Shown here: positions 14,913-29,609 of the stretch, in pieces
Layout: each line of letters opens with the position of its first letter
Numbering within the stretch: the first letter of the stretch is position 1
Source of the DNA: the human T2T-CHM13v2.0 reference genome, Homo sapiens
Reading direction: 5' to 3' (one strand)
Length of the DNA stretch: 64,000 nucleotides
NCBI RefSeq assembly: GCF_009914755.1
Contig: NC_060937.1
The notes under the pieces: generated by a model
Seen by the model: only the letters and a program-made list of their open reading frames with translations
What the model was told of the DNA's origin: nothing
Databases searched by the model: none
Translations under genes and position numbers: made by a program

Positions 14913-15443
14913 AAAATAATAAGGATCAAATGGGATATTATATATAAAAAGGCTGTGTAAACCATAAAACATTACTGGGGGATAAGGGTCAGGTAAAGAT
15001 CAATAGAGATTTAAAAAGAACTGTGACCAGAATAGGAATTACATCAGCAAGGGAAAGAACGGGAGAGGCTTCCAGATAAAAAAGCATACACAAAGACTGA
15101 AAAGTTAGAAAGAGCTTGGCAAGTTGAGGGAACTGAGGAAGGTTCAGTGAGGCATTTTAGAGTTTTTTCATTGTGCTATATAAATTTATATGATATTAAC
15201 ATTTTTATGTGATCAATCAAATAATAACATTATTTTTACATTGACACTATCATTTAAATTTCAGAGGATTCTGGAGCACTTTATGTATATTTAGATTAAA
15301 TATATTATTTTGTTTATCCCTTATAAAACATATCAAATAAAATATGCAGGGCATTACAAATAACACGGTATGAAACAGAGGCTACCACATATTTTTGAAA
15401 ATTAGCTACAAGTTGATAGAATTATCAGTGTTGAAAATCTACT

Positions 15444-15542
15444 CTTGAACCTGGGAGACGGAGGTTGCAGTGAGCCAAGACTACGCCACTGCATTGTAGT
15501 CTGGGCGACAGAGAGAGACTTCATCTCAAAAAAAAAAAAAAA
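15444..15542 (+). mobile_element. 5'-truncated Alu (3' part of right arm)
   Basis: 'cttgaacctgggagacggaggttgcagtgagcc...catctc' plus poly-A. Confidence 0.9.
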
Positions 15543-15733
15543 TTCTCTTAATGAAAAGAATGTTCCTCTCTCCCCTCTCTTCCTTCACTTAACTTTTACT
15601 CTTCCTTTGGTAAAATAAAAAATGTGCTATAAAAGTGAAATCACTTTCTTTCCTGCCTTTTTAATGTTTTGTTTAACTTTCTTGTTACACTCCCTGAATA
15701 GTGAAATACATTTTCAAATTATTGCTAAGAATA

Positions 15734-16061
<328 letters not shown>

Positions 16062-16210
16062 TTATAATAAAGGCCACAAGCTCAAATGCCTCAAGAACCA
16101 GGCAGGGAACAAACAAATCCTGTGGGAACCACAGTGAACCTGCACACAGGTCCACAGAAAGGAAGCAACTGTAACTCACCTCTAGAGAACTGTTGCCATG
16201 CCAACACTAG

Positions 16211-16559
<349 letters not shown>

Positions 16560-17040
16560 AAGGTCCAGATCTTTAGGATTCTTAGACGACCTAACAATTA
16601 TGATTTTTCTTTGGAATTTTCATGGTAAATTTGATGCATAATTCATGTGGTTCAAAGATCACTCTGGACTGAACAAAATGATGTTTCTATGAGATATGAG
16701 TTGGCAACCTCAGTTCAGTATAACATTTCCTTATTTCTGTTTTCTGACACACACTACACAAAAGGTTTGTGAACCTTTACATATGTTTTTAAAATGTTGA
16801 ATTGGATCAGATCATCCCATCTTCAGAAAGCTTGAATGATGCTACACTGATTACTGCAATAAGTACCAATTTCTCAACTAGACATTGGTTGCCCAGTAAA
16901 ATATATCTCCAAAGCTGTAACTATCTCATCATCCTACAGACCCTTAAGTTTCAGGCAAAATGGACACATTTCACTCATGTCTCATCCTCCTATTCTGCAA
17001 AACCCATTAAACATCATTTCATTAGAAAATAAATGTTTGT

Positions 17041-17376
17041 GGCTGGGCCTGGTGGCTGACACTTGTAATCCCAGCACTTTAGGAGGCCAAGGCAGGTGGA
17101 TCGCTTGAGGTCAGGAGTTCAAGGCCAGCCTGGCCAAAATGGTGAAACCCCGTTTCTATTAAAAATACAAAAAATTAGCTGGGCATGGTGATGCATGCCT
17201 GTAGTCCTAGCCACTAAGGAGGCTGAGGCAGAAGAACTGCTTGAACCTGGGAGGCAGAGGTTGAAGTCAGTGCAGACCATGCCACTGCACTCCAGCCTGT
17301 GGACAGCAGGAGACTGTCTCAAATAAATAAATAAATAAACAAAATAGAAATAAAAATAAAATAAATAAATAAACTG
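17041..17376 (+). mobile_element. AluS
   Basis: Full dimer; imperfect TSD gaaaa(t/ag)aaatgtttgt on both sides. Confidence 0.93.
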
Positions 17377-17850
17377 AAAAAGAAATGTTTGTGTTCTTAT
17401 CCTTCCAGTAGTCCCAGTGCCTAATAATCTGTATTACTGGTAAAGTTTGTATCAAATATTATCTTGTGTTAAAGTGAATAGTTTCTTTACAAATCTCCCA
17501 TAAAAATCACAGCATCAGGAACTATCTTAGTCATCAGCATCCATTCATCTGCTTTTTCCCATAGTGCGTACTCTGGCAGGCACTAAACCAGAGTTTTTAC
17601 CTTCATTTTCATACCTAACAATCCTGAGAAATCAAAAATAAAATACTTATTCATGACAGTTATTTGTGCACATTTGAATCTAGACAGTGTAGTAATAGGT
17701 ATTATTGCAGGCTAATAAACCAACGAGAGGGCAGGATTTGTCAGCCAAAGTTGAAATTATTTTATCTAATTTCTTCAAAGTAAGAAGATTTCTTCCACCA
17801 AAAATATTTTTTAAAAATTATTCCTCAAAGTCCCTCAAGCCATTATCACA

Positions 17851-17933
17851 GGAAGGATCAATAATAAGAGACTGGCATTGACAGTGAAAGAGGGAAGGAT
17901 CAATAATAAGAAACTGGCATTGACAGTGAAAGA
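17851..17933. repeat. 42-bp tandem duplication, one mismatch
   Basis: ggaaggatcaataataaga(g/a)actggcattgacagtgaaaga at 17851 and 17893. Confidence 0.95.
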
Positions 17934-18389
17934 TAACAACAAAGATAAAGGCATTGCTTCAAAAGACCAGTCAGTGGCTATACACACAGACGTACACACG
18001 TTCCTGCACAGAGAAAGGAGTTACAACACTATCACCAGAAAGATTATGACATGTAAGGGATTTGGAGGTCTAACATCAAAACCTAAAGATAGCTGTATTA
18101 GATCCATAGTGATGCCTTCATAAAACAATAAAAGGCAACTCAAGATGAACAAAATACGGTGAAAACTGGCTAATCACTATCAAGTTCCATTCTCATTCTG
18201 AACATAAACTTATAACTAAAGTCTAGGAAAAGGTACTTAATATTCCTACAGAAAAGAAAGAGATGAAATTTAGTCACTAACATATACAAACAAGATCAAG
18301 ATCCCCGCTTATGTTTTCCTATCAAAGGACAGGCAGAGGTTCCAAAAATGTAAGATAAAAATAATGTGATAACAGTAATTATAGGATGA

Positions 18390-18680
18390 TTGAGTTAATT
18401 TAAGAAATATCTCCTGTACTCTTATGGCTCAGATATTGTACCAGGGAACCAGAATACAGAAACGATAACCAACGATACCTGCCCCCAAGAGCATTGCCTT
18501 TAGTAGGAAAGGCAGAGAAGAAGGAATGGTTACAATAGATTATAAGAAGGAGTCTTAAGAGGAGTGATTGAAATTTAAATATCTTTCTATGGTATACTTA
18601 ACTCTTGCTCAGAGTGACTGGGCAGGGAGAGTTTCACAGAGAAAGTGTCACTGGAGCTGGCATTTAAAGAATGAATGGAA
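18390..18680 (-). mobile_element. L2 relic
   Basis: 'cctgcccccaagagcatt...tttcacagagaaagtgtcactggagctgg...ttaaagaatgaatgga' resembles reverse L2 3' region. Confidence 0.55.
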
Positions 18681-19826
18681 AAAAACATAAAAGACACAAA
18701 ATAATTTAGGTTTGATTTAAGGTTTTTTTTTTGTTTCCTTTTTTAAGAGGTATAAAAATAAAAAACAGGATAGTATTAACTCTATTTACTCACTAACATA
18801 GGTTGGCTCTCATCCTGGGAGATGAAATACATATTCTCCAAGGTTTAAAAAAAAAAAAAAACAAAAAAAAAACTAAAGATAACAAAAGTGTTAGCATAAA
18901 AGTAAAAACTTATTGAGGACAACTGAGAGGTTGCTGCCTTTATGAAATAGAGAGAGTACAGTGAATTTGAAGTTTTGTTTTAAAGGTGATGTATACTTTA
19001 GCACAACAGTTGGATTTGTAATGGTACCAAGGACCTGAATAAATCGATAATTTCATACAAGTAGGAGTACATTTGCACTGTTTTCCAGTCTTTTAGTTTT
19101 AAGATGTTTTCTAACTTCTAGAACTTCTATGTGTAGGCAAGATAGTACCTGTTCCATGTAGGCACTCAGTAAACAGTGCTTCAGTAAATGAATTCACAGA
19201 AAATGGGTAAATAATTAAATGTAGTGGTAGAATAAAGCTAGAATAAATATGGTGCTCATGTAAGAAAAAGAAAGTAGAAAATTTTAAGGCCAGAGTTTTG
19301 TAGAAAAATTCATTATTTTCGCTCTGAATTGGTATACAACAATGCACAAAAATGGCCTATTTTCCTTTCTGTTCATGTGATTCACACCCACTCACATAAG
19401 AAAACAGAGTATGTTTGGCTTCACAAACTGGGGCTTATCTATCACTTTTTACTCCTCTCAAACTATTTCCAATCTTTTGAATTCAATCACTGCAATTATA
19501 CAAATTCTCTTAGAAGTCCACTGCCCTCTCCTACCCTTTTCTTTATATATTAGAATTCACCCAGACATGCTCATTAGCCAAGAAAAGTTTTGTCATTATG
19601 AAGTACTAGAAACAGAGATAAATCCCCTGCAGATTTTCTGATCCATTTCTTGACCTATTTTAAAAAATAATCAGGTTCCCCAGCCTTCATCATAAAGAAT
19701 TTCTATCATAATAAAATGTGCTGATAAATAGAATAGCCACTTGCTGAATTATCTAGATCTGTTCTAAGACTTCAGCAATGTATGGATCCTAATTGACTAT
19801 TCTTTCTCAGTCTATAATAAATAGTA

Positions 19827-19859
19827 ATGATCACTAGAAAAGCGATGATCACTAGAAAA
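19827..19859. repeat. Short direct repeat (15 bp x2, period 18)
   Basis: atgatcactagaaaa-gcg-atgatcactagaaaa. Confidence 0.9.
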
Positions 19860-21689
19860 ATTTCTCTAAGAAGTACACATATAAAAATATATAATGGGAT
19901 TCAGGGGAAATAAAATATGCTAACAGAGTCCTTTGAACTCTCTAAAAATGCAATTTGTTTCTTATTTTCAATTGTGAGAGTTCTAAGATGTAAGAGTATT
20001 CTGAACCACAAAATTAATAAGGGTCCAATTAGCTCCTGAATTCGCCAGGTTAAACATATATACTCCATAAAATTATTAAGAAACCCGGTTGTATCTTTGT
20101 CGTCTGCTTCAATTTCTTTTTATTTCGCACTAATTAGGAAGAACAAAGTTATATAAGTGTGTCTCTCTGTGTCACCTGCTAGTTAATCATTCAATGAAAA
20201 AAAGTAAATTCTTGTTAGCTGTAAATGTGATTGCTGTTAAGATTTAAAAAGCACTATCCTGAAGATAACCCAAAGAGCATACCGTATTCAAATGTATATT
20301 ATGCATTTAAGTTAGAGTTTAGAAAATTCCCTTTACATTGCTAACCAGTTTTAAGATAATAAGGCAAGGCCTAGGCTTCCTGATGCTGTTTTTAATGACA
20401 ATCATATCTGTCTTATAATGTTAATGTGTTCCTAAAGCCGTGTGTACTCTTGTATCAAGGAGATGTTTTCACTTCATGTGTTGGATCACTGCTTTTCAAT
20501 ATAGCTGAAAAGACTCTGTTGACTGGGCTCAGCTCATTGCACAAAGCCTGAAAGGCCCAATGATTACTAATGGGAGCATATGGTCAGAGCTAAAATCCAT
20601 AATCCCAATCCCTAGAAAGGTATCTTCACTTTTTCCACCCAGCATCTTTATTCTCTTCACATGCTTAACATCCTAACATGTTTTTCTCTCTTGCTCCCTC
20701 TTCAACTAACCAATCCCATGCTACTTTCTTCTACCTATTTTTGCACTGTCTACTCAACTATGCATCACAAAACCCCACTGCTATTCTTGGACAGGCAGGG
20801 TCCTCTCAACTCACTAGCAAGCAAGTACCAGAGAGCATACCTTTCAAGGGAGCACCATGAGGGGCAGGCATTGGTGGACAACAGCTTGGAACAAGGCAAA
20901 TGTGAATAAAAGGAGGCTGCAAGAGAAACATAGCTCTAACAATGGAAAAAGTTTAAAAGGCGGGTAGAGAGCCCAATATAAGATTCAGGAGTAAGCCACA
21001 GGAAAGAAAAAAATAATACTAAGGCCCTGAAAAATAAAATACGTACTTGAATCATCTATTTTAGTTGAAATAGCAAGACATAGTTTTTTAAAAATACAAT
21101 TAGCTTATGCACATGTGCATGTAAGCATTTAGGCCTCAAACAATAAACATGCCTTGTGTATTATAGATCGATATAGCTTCTATATTTAAGACAGTTTGAA
21201 ATTGTAAGTAGATGCTCTTAATGCCTTGCATCCCATCAGGATGGAAAACATAGAAAGTGGAAGTTGACATGGCGGCCACAGCTTCATAGCCAGGCAGGTG
21301 AAGTATATTTTGTCAGATGAGAAACAAATTAAAATATTTATTGTAGATCTAATGATTCAACCCTATTGCTTACATGTTCTGTAAGTTGTATTAATAATAG
21401 AAAGTAAAAAGGTTAATAAAATTAGATCTTTACAACCTATCTGAAAATGGCATACATTTCAGTATTTAATATTAACTCCAGAAATAGCCCTTTGAATATA
21501 CATTTTAATCATATAAGAATGGCTAAGAAAGGACACAAATTAACAATATTTTTTGTTTACTGGCTATTATTAAGTCCAATCTTTTTGCCCTGAGGACTGA
21601 GCCTCTTCATGATATTTAGAATCCATTATTTCATAAACTGAGTGACATAAAACTTCTATCAGAATTTCAGAGGGGAAAAAAAAGCTTTT

Positions 21690-21866
21690 CTAATGTTTCT
21701 TCTTCTTTTTGTTTATTGTGCATGGTAAATTGACAATACTTATTTAAACACTTAAAAAAAAATCTGATCCTTTTCTTCCTGGACCAAAGAATTTTCTCCG
21801 TCACAGAGTAATAGAGCTTGAAAACTTCAGCATCAGCAGGGAAGGCAGGCACTCCTTAGCCAGCCA
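21690..21866 (-). other. Candidate terminal exon (acceptor plus polyadenylation signal)
   Basis: Minus strand reads 'attttctctctctcacag|TGGCTGG' (CAG at 21869-21867); AATAAA at 21717-21712; U8 tract at 21683-21676. Confidence 0.3.
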
Positions 21867-22760
21867 CTGTGAGAGAGAGAAAATGCAATTAAGGTTCCCA
21901 CCAGGGAGAGAGAACTAAACAAAACCTGCGTCTTCACACAAGAGCCTTTTTCTTCAATGCGAACTACAAGGCCTCAAATCTTGTTGGTGAGATGCTAGCA
22001 TTTAGGACAACACACTTTCAGATTTTCTCACAGCAGATCAAAGTAAATAATGCAAGGGCAGCAAACAAAAGGGAAAACTCCAGCGTGCTTACATTAAAAA
22101 GAGATTACAGGGGACTTACAAGTGATTGAAGGAAGAGATGACATTTTTTAAAACATAAAATCAAGATCTCTAAGTACAGCTGGCAAATAAAGTCTAGTTG
22201 TGTTACTTTAGCTAGAGAGACAAGCCACAAGTGACTTATCATCAGCATGAAATTTTTAAAAAGGTAATCTTACTTTATTAGAGTATTTTTTACATCTTTA
22301 GTTACACATATTCCTTCTCTTCCCTTCCTAGGTTTTAGGATTTTCAAAGCCTAGAATCATGACACCTGATGATGAACCATTAAAGTTATGAGCCTTCGCA
22401 AATCATTGCTACAGAATATGCGCAGCATTCTGTGGATTGGAGAGATGTAGCCTCGCTTCGCTTGCCTCTTTCTCCCGAGGACAGTAATCAGTCATAAAAA
22501 CAGCTCTCCTCCTTCATATCAAGCCAACAGCTGGAAACTCTTCTGCAATGTCAAATTTAGCACGCACCCCTTACTAGGCACTGAACTTAGTCTTGTGGGT
22601 CTGCGCTACAGTCTTAAATGAGTATTCCCGGGCCATAGTTTATCCTTTATTTTTGCGTAACATTCTCATTGACTTTGGTGCAACTCTATAAAGGAAGCAA
22701 GGATTGAATATCATCCTTTAATGCCAAATTTACTACAGCTGAACAAAATGAGCGGAAATC
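21790..22760. promoter_or_regulatory. Candidate enhancer or alternative promoter
   Basis: Repeat-free with about a dozen CpGs; TCF/LEF AGATCAAAG 22035, forkhead GTAAATA 22043 and AGCAAACA 22060, GTCATAAAA 22491, E-box CAGCTG 22528, C/EBP-type TTGCGTAA 22653. Confidence 0.45.
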
Positions 22761-24889
22761 TGGGAGGCTCATGTCAATAAACAAAAGATAAATGTTTAGG
22801 AGACTTAATAACTGAAAGGAGCTCAAATAGCACTTTCTTTGGAACTATTTTTAAAAATACAGTGATATAGTAGTGTATAGAATTTAGTGACAGTTTAACT
22901 GATATTTATACAGTTTGTATAGTATATGTGAATATATAAACACACTATGTGTGTATGTGTATGTGTGGGTGGGTTTTTGTAGTAACTGCTGAGATATTAG
23001 GCCACTAGAAATTTCCAAAACAATTCACAGATACAATAAATGCCAGAATCAAATAGGCAATGTGGAAGACAGACGTCAGGTCTTAGAATCCCTAGATGTG
23101 AGATCTGGTTCAACTTTACCATTTTAACTTTCCTGGGGATCAATCTATGAAACAAAGAGGTGGGATTAGAGACACTCTAATGTTCTTTCCAATTCATACA
23201 TTCAGTTAGTCTATAAAGACTCTTATAGCCAGTTTCTGGGCCAAACCTGTGGCTTTTATATGTGTGAGTATCTGTGTTTATATACACAAATATGCATATA
23301 CATTTCTGTGTATGTCCATATATATACCTATATGTTTATACTAACATATAACGAATCAAATAATTTAATATTGTGATAACTTCCAAATTTAGAATCAAAT
23401 GTGAAGAAATATATTTGTCCTGTCTGCTATAGGGTAGTTTACTGCACACACACACATCACACATACCCCCCCACACACACACCTTCTTCTACCGCTATAT
23501 TAGTTCATAAAATGTAAAATACATTGTTACTTTTAATTTCTTATGGTTACTTTTGGAGAGATCAAGGACATTTGGGCAGACATGTGTGGCTAATGTATCA
23601 TAATGAAAATAATGTACCCAAGTTGAACTTCAACCTTTTTTCACAGCTCATAATTGGAAAAAATGCATACAAATATGCTGTTGTAATAACTTAAATAGAA
23701 TTTGTGCTTCCAAACTCTTATAAACCTCCATTCTGAAGCATTATTACAATTGATTCTAAATGTTTATATCTCAGATATACTTTCATTCAACTAAAATGCA
23801 CTTAGAAAAATTTATTCTCCAGAAATCAAATCAGTGTTGACAAATATGATACCAAGTTCTGTTTTAATTGTAACAATGAAAGAAAATAAATATTATGTAT
23901 TACTTATTAAAATTCCTTCTCCAAAAAAACCAGACTGGAAAATAATCAGTCTGTATTCAGTTCACAAGATTCCTTTATCTCACATGGATAAAGTAAGCCA
24001 AGTCAAATTCTCAGTGCTTACTATACACATTTAACTCAAAAGTTATTTAATTCTGTTTACTTTGTAAAATGTATGATTTTACTCTGTTTAGATCACAGTG
24101 CATTTAATTTAGGAAGAAACTAGAAGATTTAATATGAAAACTGGCAAGTGTAAAAGCAGTATTAAACTGTCAATCACAGCTGATATTGCAGAGCTTCATT
24201 ATTTAACTGAATATGAAGATTAGACACCCTATGTTATGCATATCAATTTAAAATAAGAAATAAATTTAATCTTAAGTTGGAAAAGTGCATAAAGATTTGC
24301 TTGAACTGACGGGATCTGATTTATCCCATAAAAAGTATTATTTCTGAGTTTATCATATGTGCATATAAGTCTATATATATAATAAACATATCAAAAGTTT
24401 TAGATTTAAAAAATTTAGGTATTTATGTTGCCTTTCACTATCACCTTTTTCTATATCTGTAAGAGTACATTATAAATATTAACATTAAATCTACTGGGAA
24501 GGCAGCTGTTGCACACTACACGCTAAAGGGCATTTTAACCCATTAGTGGGGTTTTCTCTGACAGATAGAAGTATATATGAGTGAGTGATTGTTGTGCAAT
24601 AAACCTGGGAAACATGTAAATTGCATTTCCTCATGGCATATTGCAACTGAATTAGAATATTGGACAGACATAAACAATGCAATCAAACCGTGCCTTTTAT
24701 TGAGCTTCTATTTGACTTAGTATTCATCTGTAACAACAACAACAAAAAATGTGTTTCTCAGGGTCTGTGACAATGCAGGCCACAAGAGATTCAATGTCAG
24801 TGCCGGCATACAAATTTATTAGTCTATAAAATTTGACATTCTCTTATTTATTCACAGAAAGGACAAATAAGATATTTTTTCATACTTAC

Positions 24890-24977
24890 CAGAAATATCT
24901 GGGAGTGTTTATATGCCGCTCCATCTGGAGGATGCAAATAGTCAGAACTGCTTTACAATTCAGTAGGCAAAAGCCTG
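24890..24977 (-). other. Candidate spliced exon, 88 or 85 nt (5'UTR or lncRNA)
   Basis: Acceptor 'tcatttgttatccttcag|cag|GCT' (tandem CAGCAG); donor 'CTG|gtaagt' (acttac at 24884-24889 on +). Confidence 0.6.
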
Positions 24978-26241
24978 CTGAAGGATAACAAATGACTTCA
25001 TGGTGAAACTGCTATTGAAATTCTTTCAGTATGTGATATTAAAAACAACTGAACAAACAGAGATAAGGGACAAATAGGATTTGAAACAGACTTTTTTTTT
25101 CTTACAGTGCAAAAGAAAAACAAACGAATGCTCTAGTCGAACCTATATATACCTTTTAGTGATTTCACAGCATGGATTTGCTTAATGCATGATAGTTTTT
25201 AACTGAAGCATCTCTAGAAGTCCCACTAAAACCCAGGAACCAATTCTAAAATGTCTCCTTAGGGTCAAGAATTATAATGTTGACGCTTAAGAAAAACGAG
25301 AAGTCAACATGACTCTTTTGATGACTTGACTTAGAGTTTCACGTTTTGGCCTTTGGCATAATGCAGGGATGTGGAGGTTTAATAAATATTTGGTGGTTAA
25401 GATGCTGTAGTTTAAAAAGGCCTTCTAAAATTATGTGATATACAAAGATAAAAGCAAAAATCTAGAGTTAAATATTATGAGAACCAAAGTAGTATAATGA
25501 GAGCTACCAAAAAGTTTACTTGAAAAATGCATTTCATTTAGTTCAATCTCTCTTACATAGAAGAGGTTCTACAAATGTTGGCTTTGCAAGACAAACTAAT
25601 GTTAGTAACTTCCAGGTGATCAGGAAAGTCAAAATCTAAGAAACACAAAAAAGCATTACTTTGCAATGATTATTTTTATTTCTTGCTTTGAAGGAAAGAT
25701 GAAAAGCTATTTAGTTAGGTGTTCTTGTTTTATTCTACAGCTGCATCAAAGCAACTACCTCAAAATTTACAAAACAGTTCATAGAGCCCCCCGGTAATTG
25801 AAGTATAGGCTAAATGATCACATCAACAACATATGAACATTAAATCTGCCAAACAAAACTCAAATTATTAGGTCTTCAAATGATCCACTGTTTTTCAAGA
25901 AATATCCAGTAACGAAACAGCTGACTGAAACCCTGACATGACAACGATTTTTAGATACTTCCCAAGATAGCATTTCTGTGTATTAATGTACAATGGGTCA
26001 AAATTATCAGAAGCATATTACAGTGATCTTCCTTTAGTCAAATCTAGATTCTTTAGGACTAACTCTCTTTACTTACACCTAAAAGTGTGCCATGTGCAAC
26101 CAGCTGTGCTAATATAACCTATTTGCTCTTTCGGACGTCAAACAATGATTTACACTAAATGAAGAAATATTATCTTCTGAGGCTAATGCAGATTATTTTC
26201 TTGATAATTTATTTTTAAAATAAGAGGGTGGAGCTATTCTT

Positions 26242-26706
<465 letters not shown>

Positions 26707-27220
26707 TAAAGAAGCAGATAGCTCCAATATAGTTTGCTCATTTCACATATTTGCTGGTCAATCAAGTCTAGGTTGGTATTATTAAAGTCTAGCTCTAGCT
26801 AGCAACCTCTCCACCAAAGCCACCTCAGCAACCCACGGAAAGCTCACCCTCTTTTCCATGGAGGGACACTCTAACTGTATCACTCATTTGGTACATGATG
26901 ATGTATGTCTTTGCATTTCCTCTTGTGTCGCTTCCTTTTAATTACTTTTCTTCTTAGCTTCTTATCCTGTAGATCTTGCTTCCTTACCAGATTGTGGTAT
27001 TGAGACCACTTTAATACTTGTTAACATTTCATATATAACCCAACCCAATGCATTTTACTCTAACTTTTCCGCCCAGTAAATTTCTCTGAATAAATGACAT
27101 ATTAAGCTCAACTCTAGTTTGCAAAATGTGATGTAGATAGAAAGAAATAATTAAGTATAATTTAAAGCAGAACAAATTGTGTATTTAAAGGAAATGTGAG
27201 TTCTAAAATAAGTGTTTTGT

Positions 27221-27245
27221 ACACACACACACACACACACACACC
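27221..27245. repeat. (AC)n microsatellite, about 12 units
   Basis: Read directly. Confidence 0.95.
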
Positions 27246-28352
27246 CCTGGAATCCAGACAGCAGGAAAAAAACAAGATGGATGATTATCAATCAGCCTTT
27301 ACATTATTCTGAAGATGGTGGCTAACGGTTCCTATTTTCCTCAAAGGCAAAGGATACTTTTAGTTTTGATAATAGACAATAAATTCTGAAAATAATTTTA
27401 TACAATACAGGGTGAACAAAAAATACTGTCAAACTCAACTTGTAAAAATTTAAAATTGAGATGTTAAATTGAGAGTTCAACCTGGTCAGATGTTTGTATA
27501 TGATCAATCCGTGGTCACTGTATGTTCAATATCACCCTCTATTAAATGGAAACTGAGCATGCCACTAGAAGGAGGCATATACTCTTAGTGGTGGCTGGCC
27601 ATCATTCGACTTTATCTAGCCCTAACTTTATTTTGTAGACACTAAGTTCTTTGCTCTCAGTGTTAATATGCCACATTCAGTTGGGAGGAAATATTAGTAA
27701 TTGGTCACTAGAGCTAGGAGCACCTACATTAATTTTACCTGACTCTTCATGAAAGAGGAGAGGACAGAATGAAAGAAAGAGGTAAGTAGCCTACAGTGGA
27801 CTAATATGAGAGCTGCAAAATACTATATTCCTAAGAATATTATTGTAAAGGTCCTCTCTTTTGGAGCAGCTTTTAACCTGTGTGGTAGCCTCTTTCAATT
27901 CAACTAAATTCACTTCTTCAATGGGAGAAGTATCAAACATATTAAGAAAAATACATTTTTAAAGTTTTAACTGAAATAATGACAATCATAACAAAACACT
28001 GGTTAACTTGTTCCAAAAGTAGCATATAGTTAAGCAGAAATTGTGAAAAAGAGTAAAACTAGTTAGCAGTTTTACTTAAATGTCCAGAATTCTCAGTTAT
28101 CTTTGAGTTATATTTTAAGGATGTTAGAACATGTATTTACTGAAGAACTGAACTTCTAATATTTTCAGTCGAAAGCTGCTTAACTATATCTTTGAGACTC
28201 AAGAAAATAGAAGTGGTAGAAGACTCTTCAGCGACTTTCAAAATGGAAGAATCTGAATTAAGTTTCCATTCTAAGACACCCTTTTCATTTCAATCTCCCT
28301 CCTTCCAAGTCTCCAGATTCCTTGCTATAGATTGAAGACAAAAGGGAAGTAA

Positions 28353-28699
<347 letters not shown>

Positions 28700-28709
28700 G
28701 GTAATCTCT

Positions 28710-28830
28710 TTTTTAGTGAAAAAAATTGAGGTTTAGAAAGTTTAAGTAACTTGACCAAGGTCGTACAGCTAATGAGTAGGAGGGCGAGCTGGAGCTAGAA
28801 TCCAAATCACAGTTCTGGTCTTAAAACCTC
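28710..28830 (-). mobile_element. MIR fragment
   Basis: 'aaattgaggtttagaaagtttaagtaacttgaccaaggtcgtacagctaatgagt' MIR core in reverse. Confidence 0.7.
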
Positions 28831-29303
28831 CTTATTTCCATTAATAATTTTTTCAATATGTTTTGAGACTTTATAAGGGGCAGGCATTTTGCTGTGTTTA
28901 ATGCTATAATTAGGTCCAATTATTATCCATTTTTTCCTTAAAAAAAAAGGTATAAAGTAGTTAAGTTACTTTCCAAGGTCTGAGAATCAGTGGCACAGTC
29001 TAGATATTTACCCAGCCTGTCCAAGCCCATGCTCTCCGTCAACTCAACTTAGAGATGAGAAACTGAGTCAATGAGATGTACAATCACATATTCAATAAGT
29101 CAGATTCCTGTAAACCTTCAAACCCATTTTTCCTGTATCAATCTCCCATATGTATAGTTATTCACAATTCAACACAAAAAGGGCCTTGCCAGGGCAGGAC
29201 TAACCAAATCCTAGGTGAATTAACATGGTGTCTCCACATCAAATATTCTGTCATGGTTGCATTGGTTTGCTTACCCACTAATCTCCTTTAAAAATAATAA
29301 TGA

Positions 29304-29609
<306 letters not shown>

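Noticed and set aside
21895-21912. CTCF-like CCACCAGGGAG, and CCACTAGAAGG at 27562
   Set aside because: The GGC positions of the core do not match
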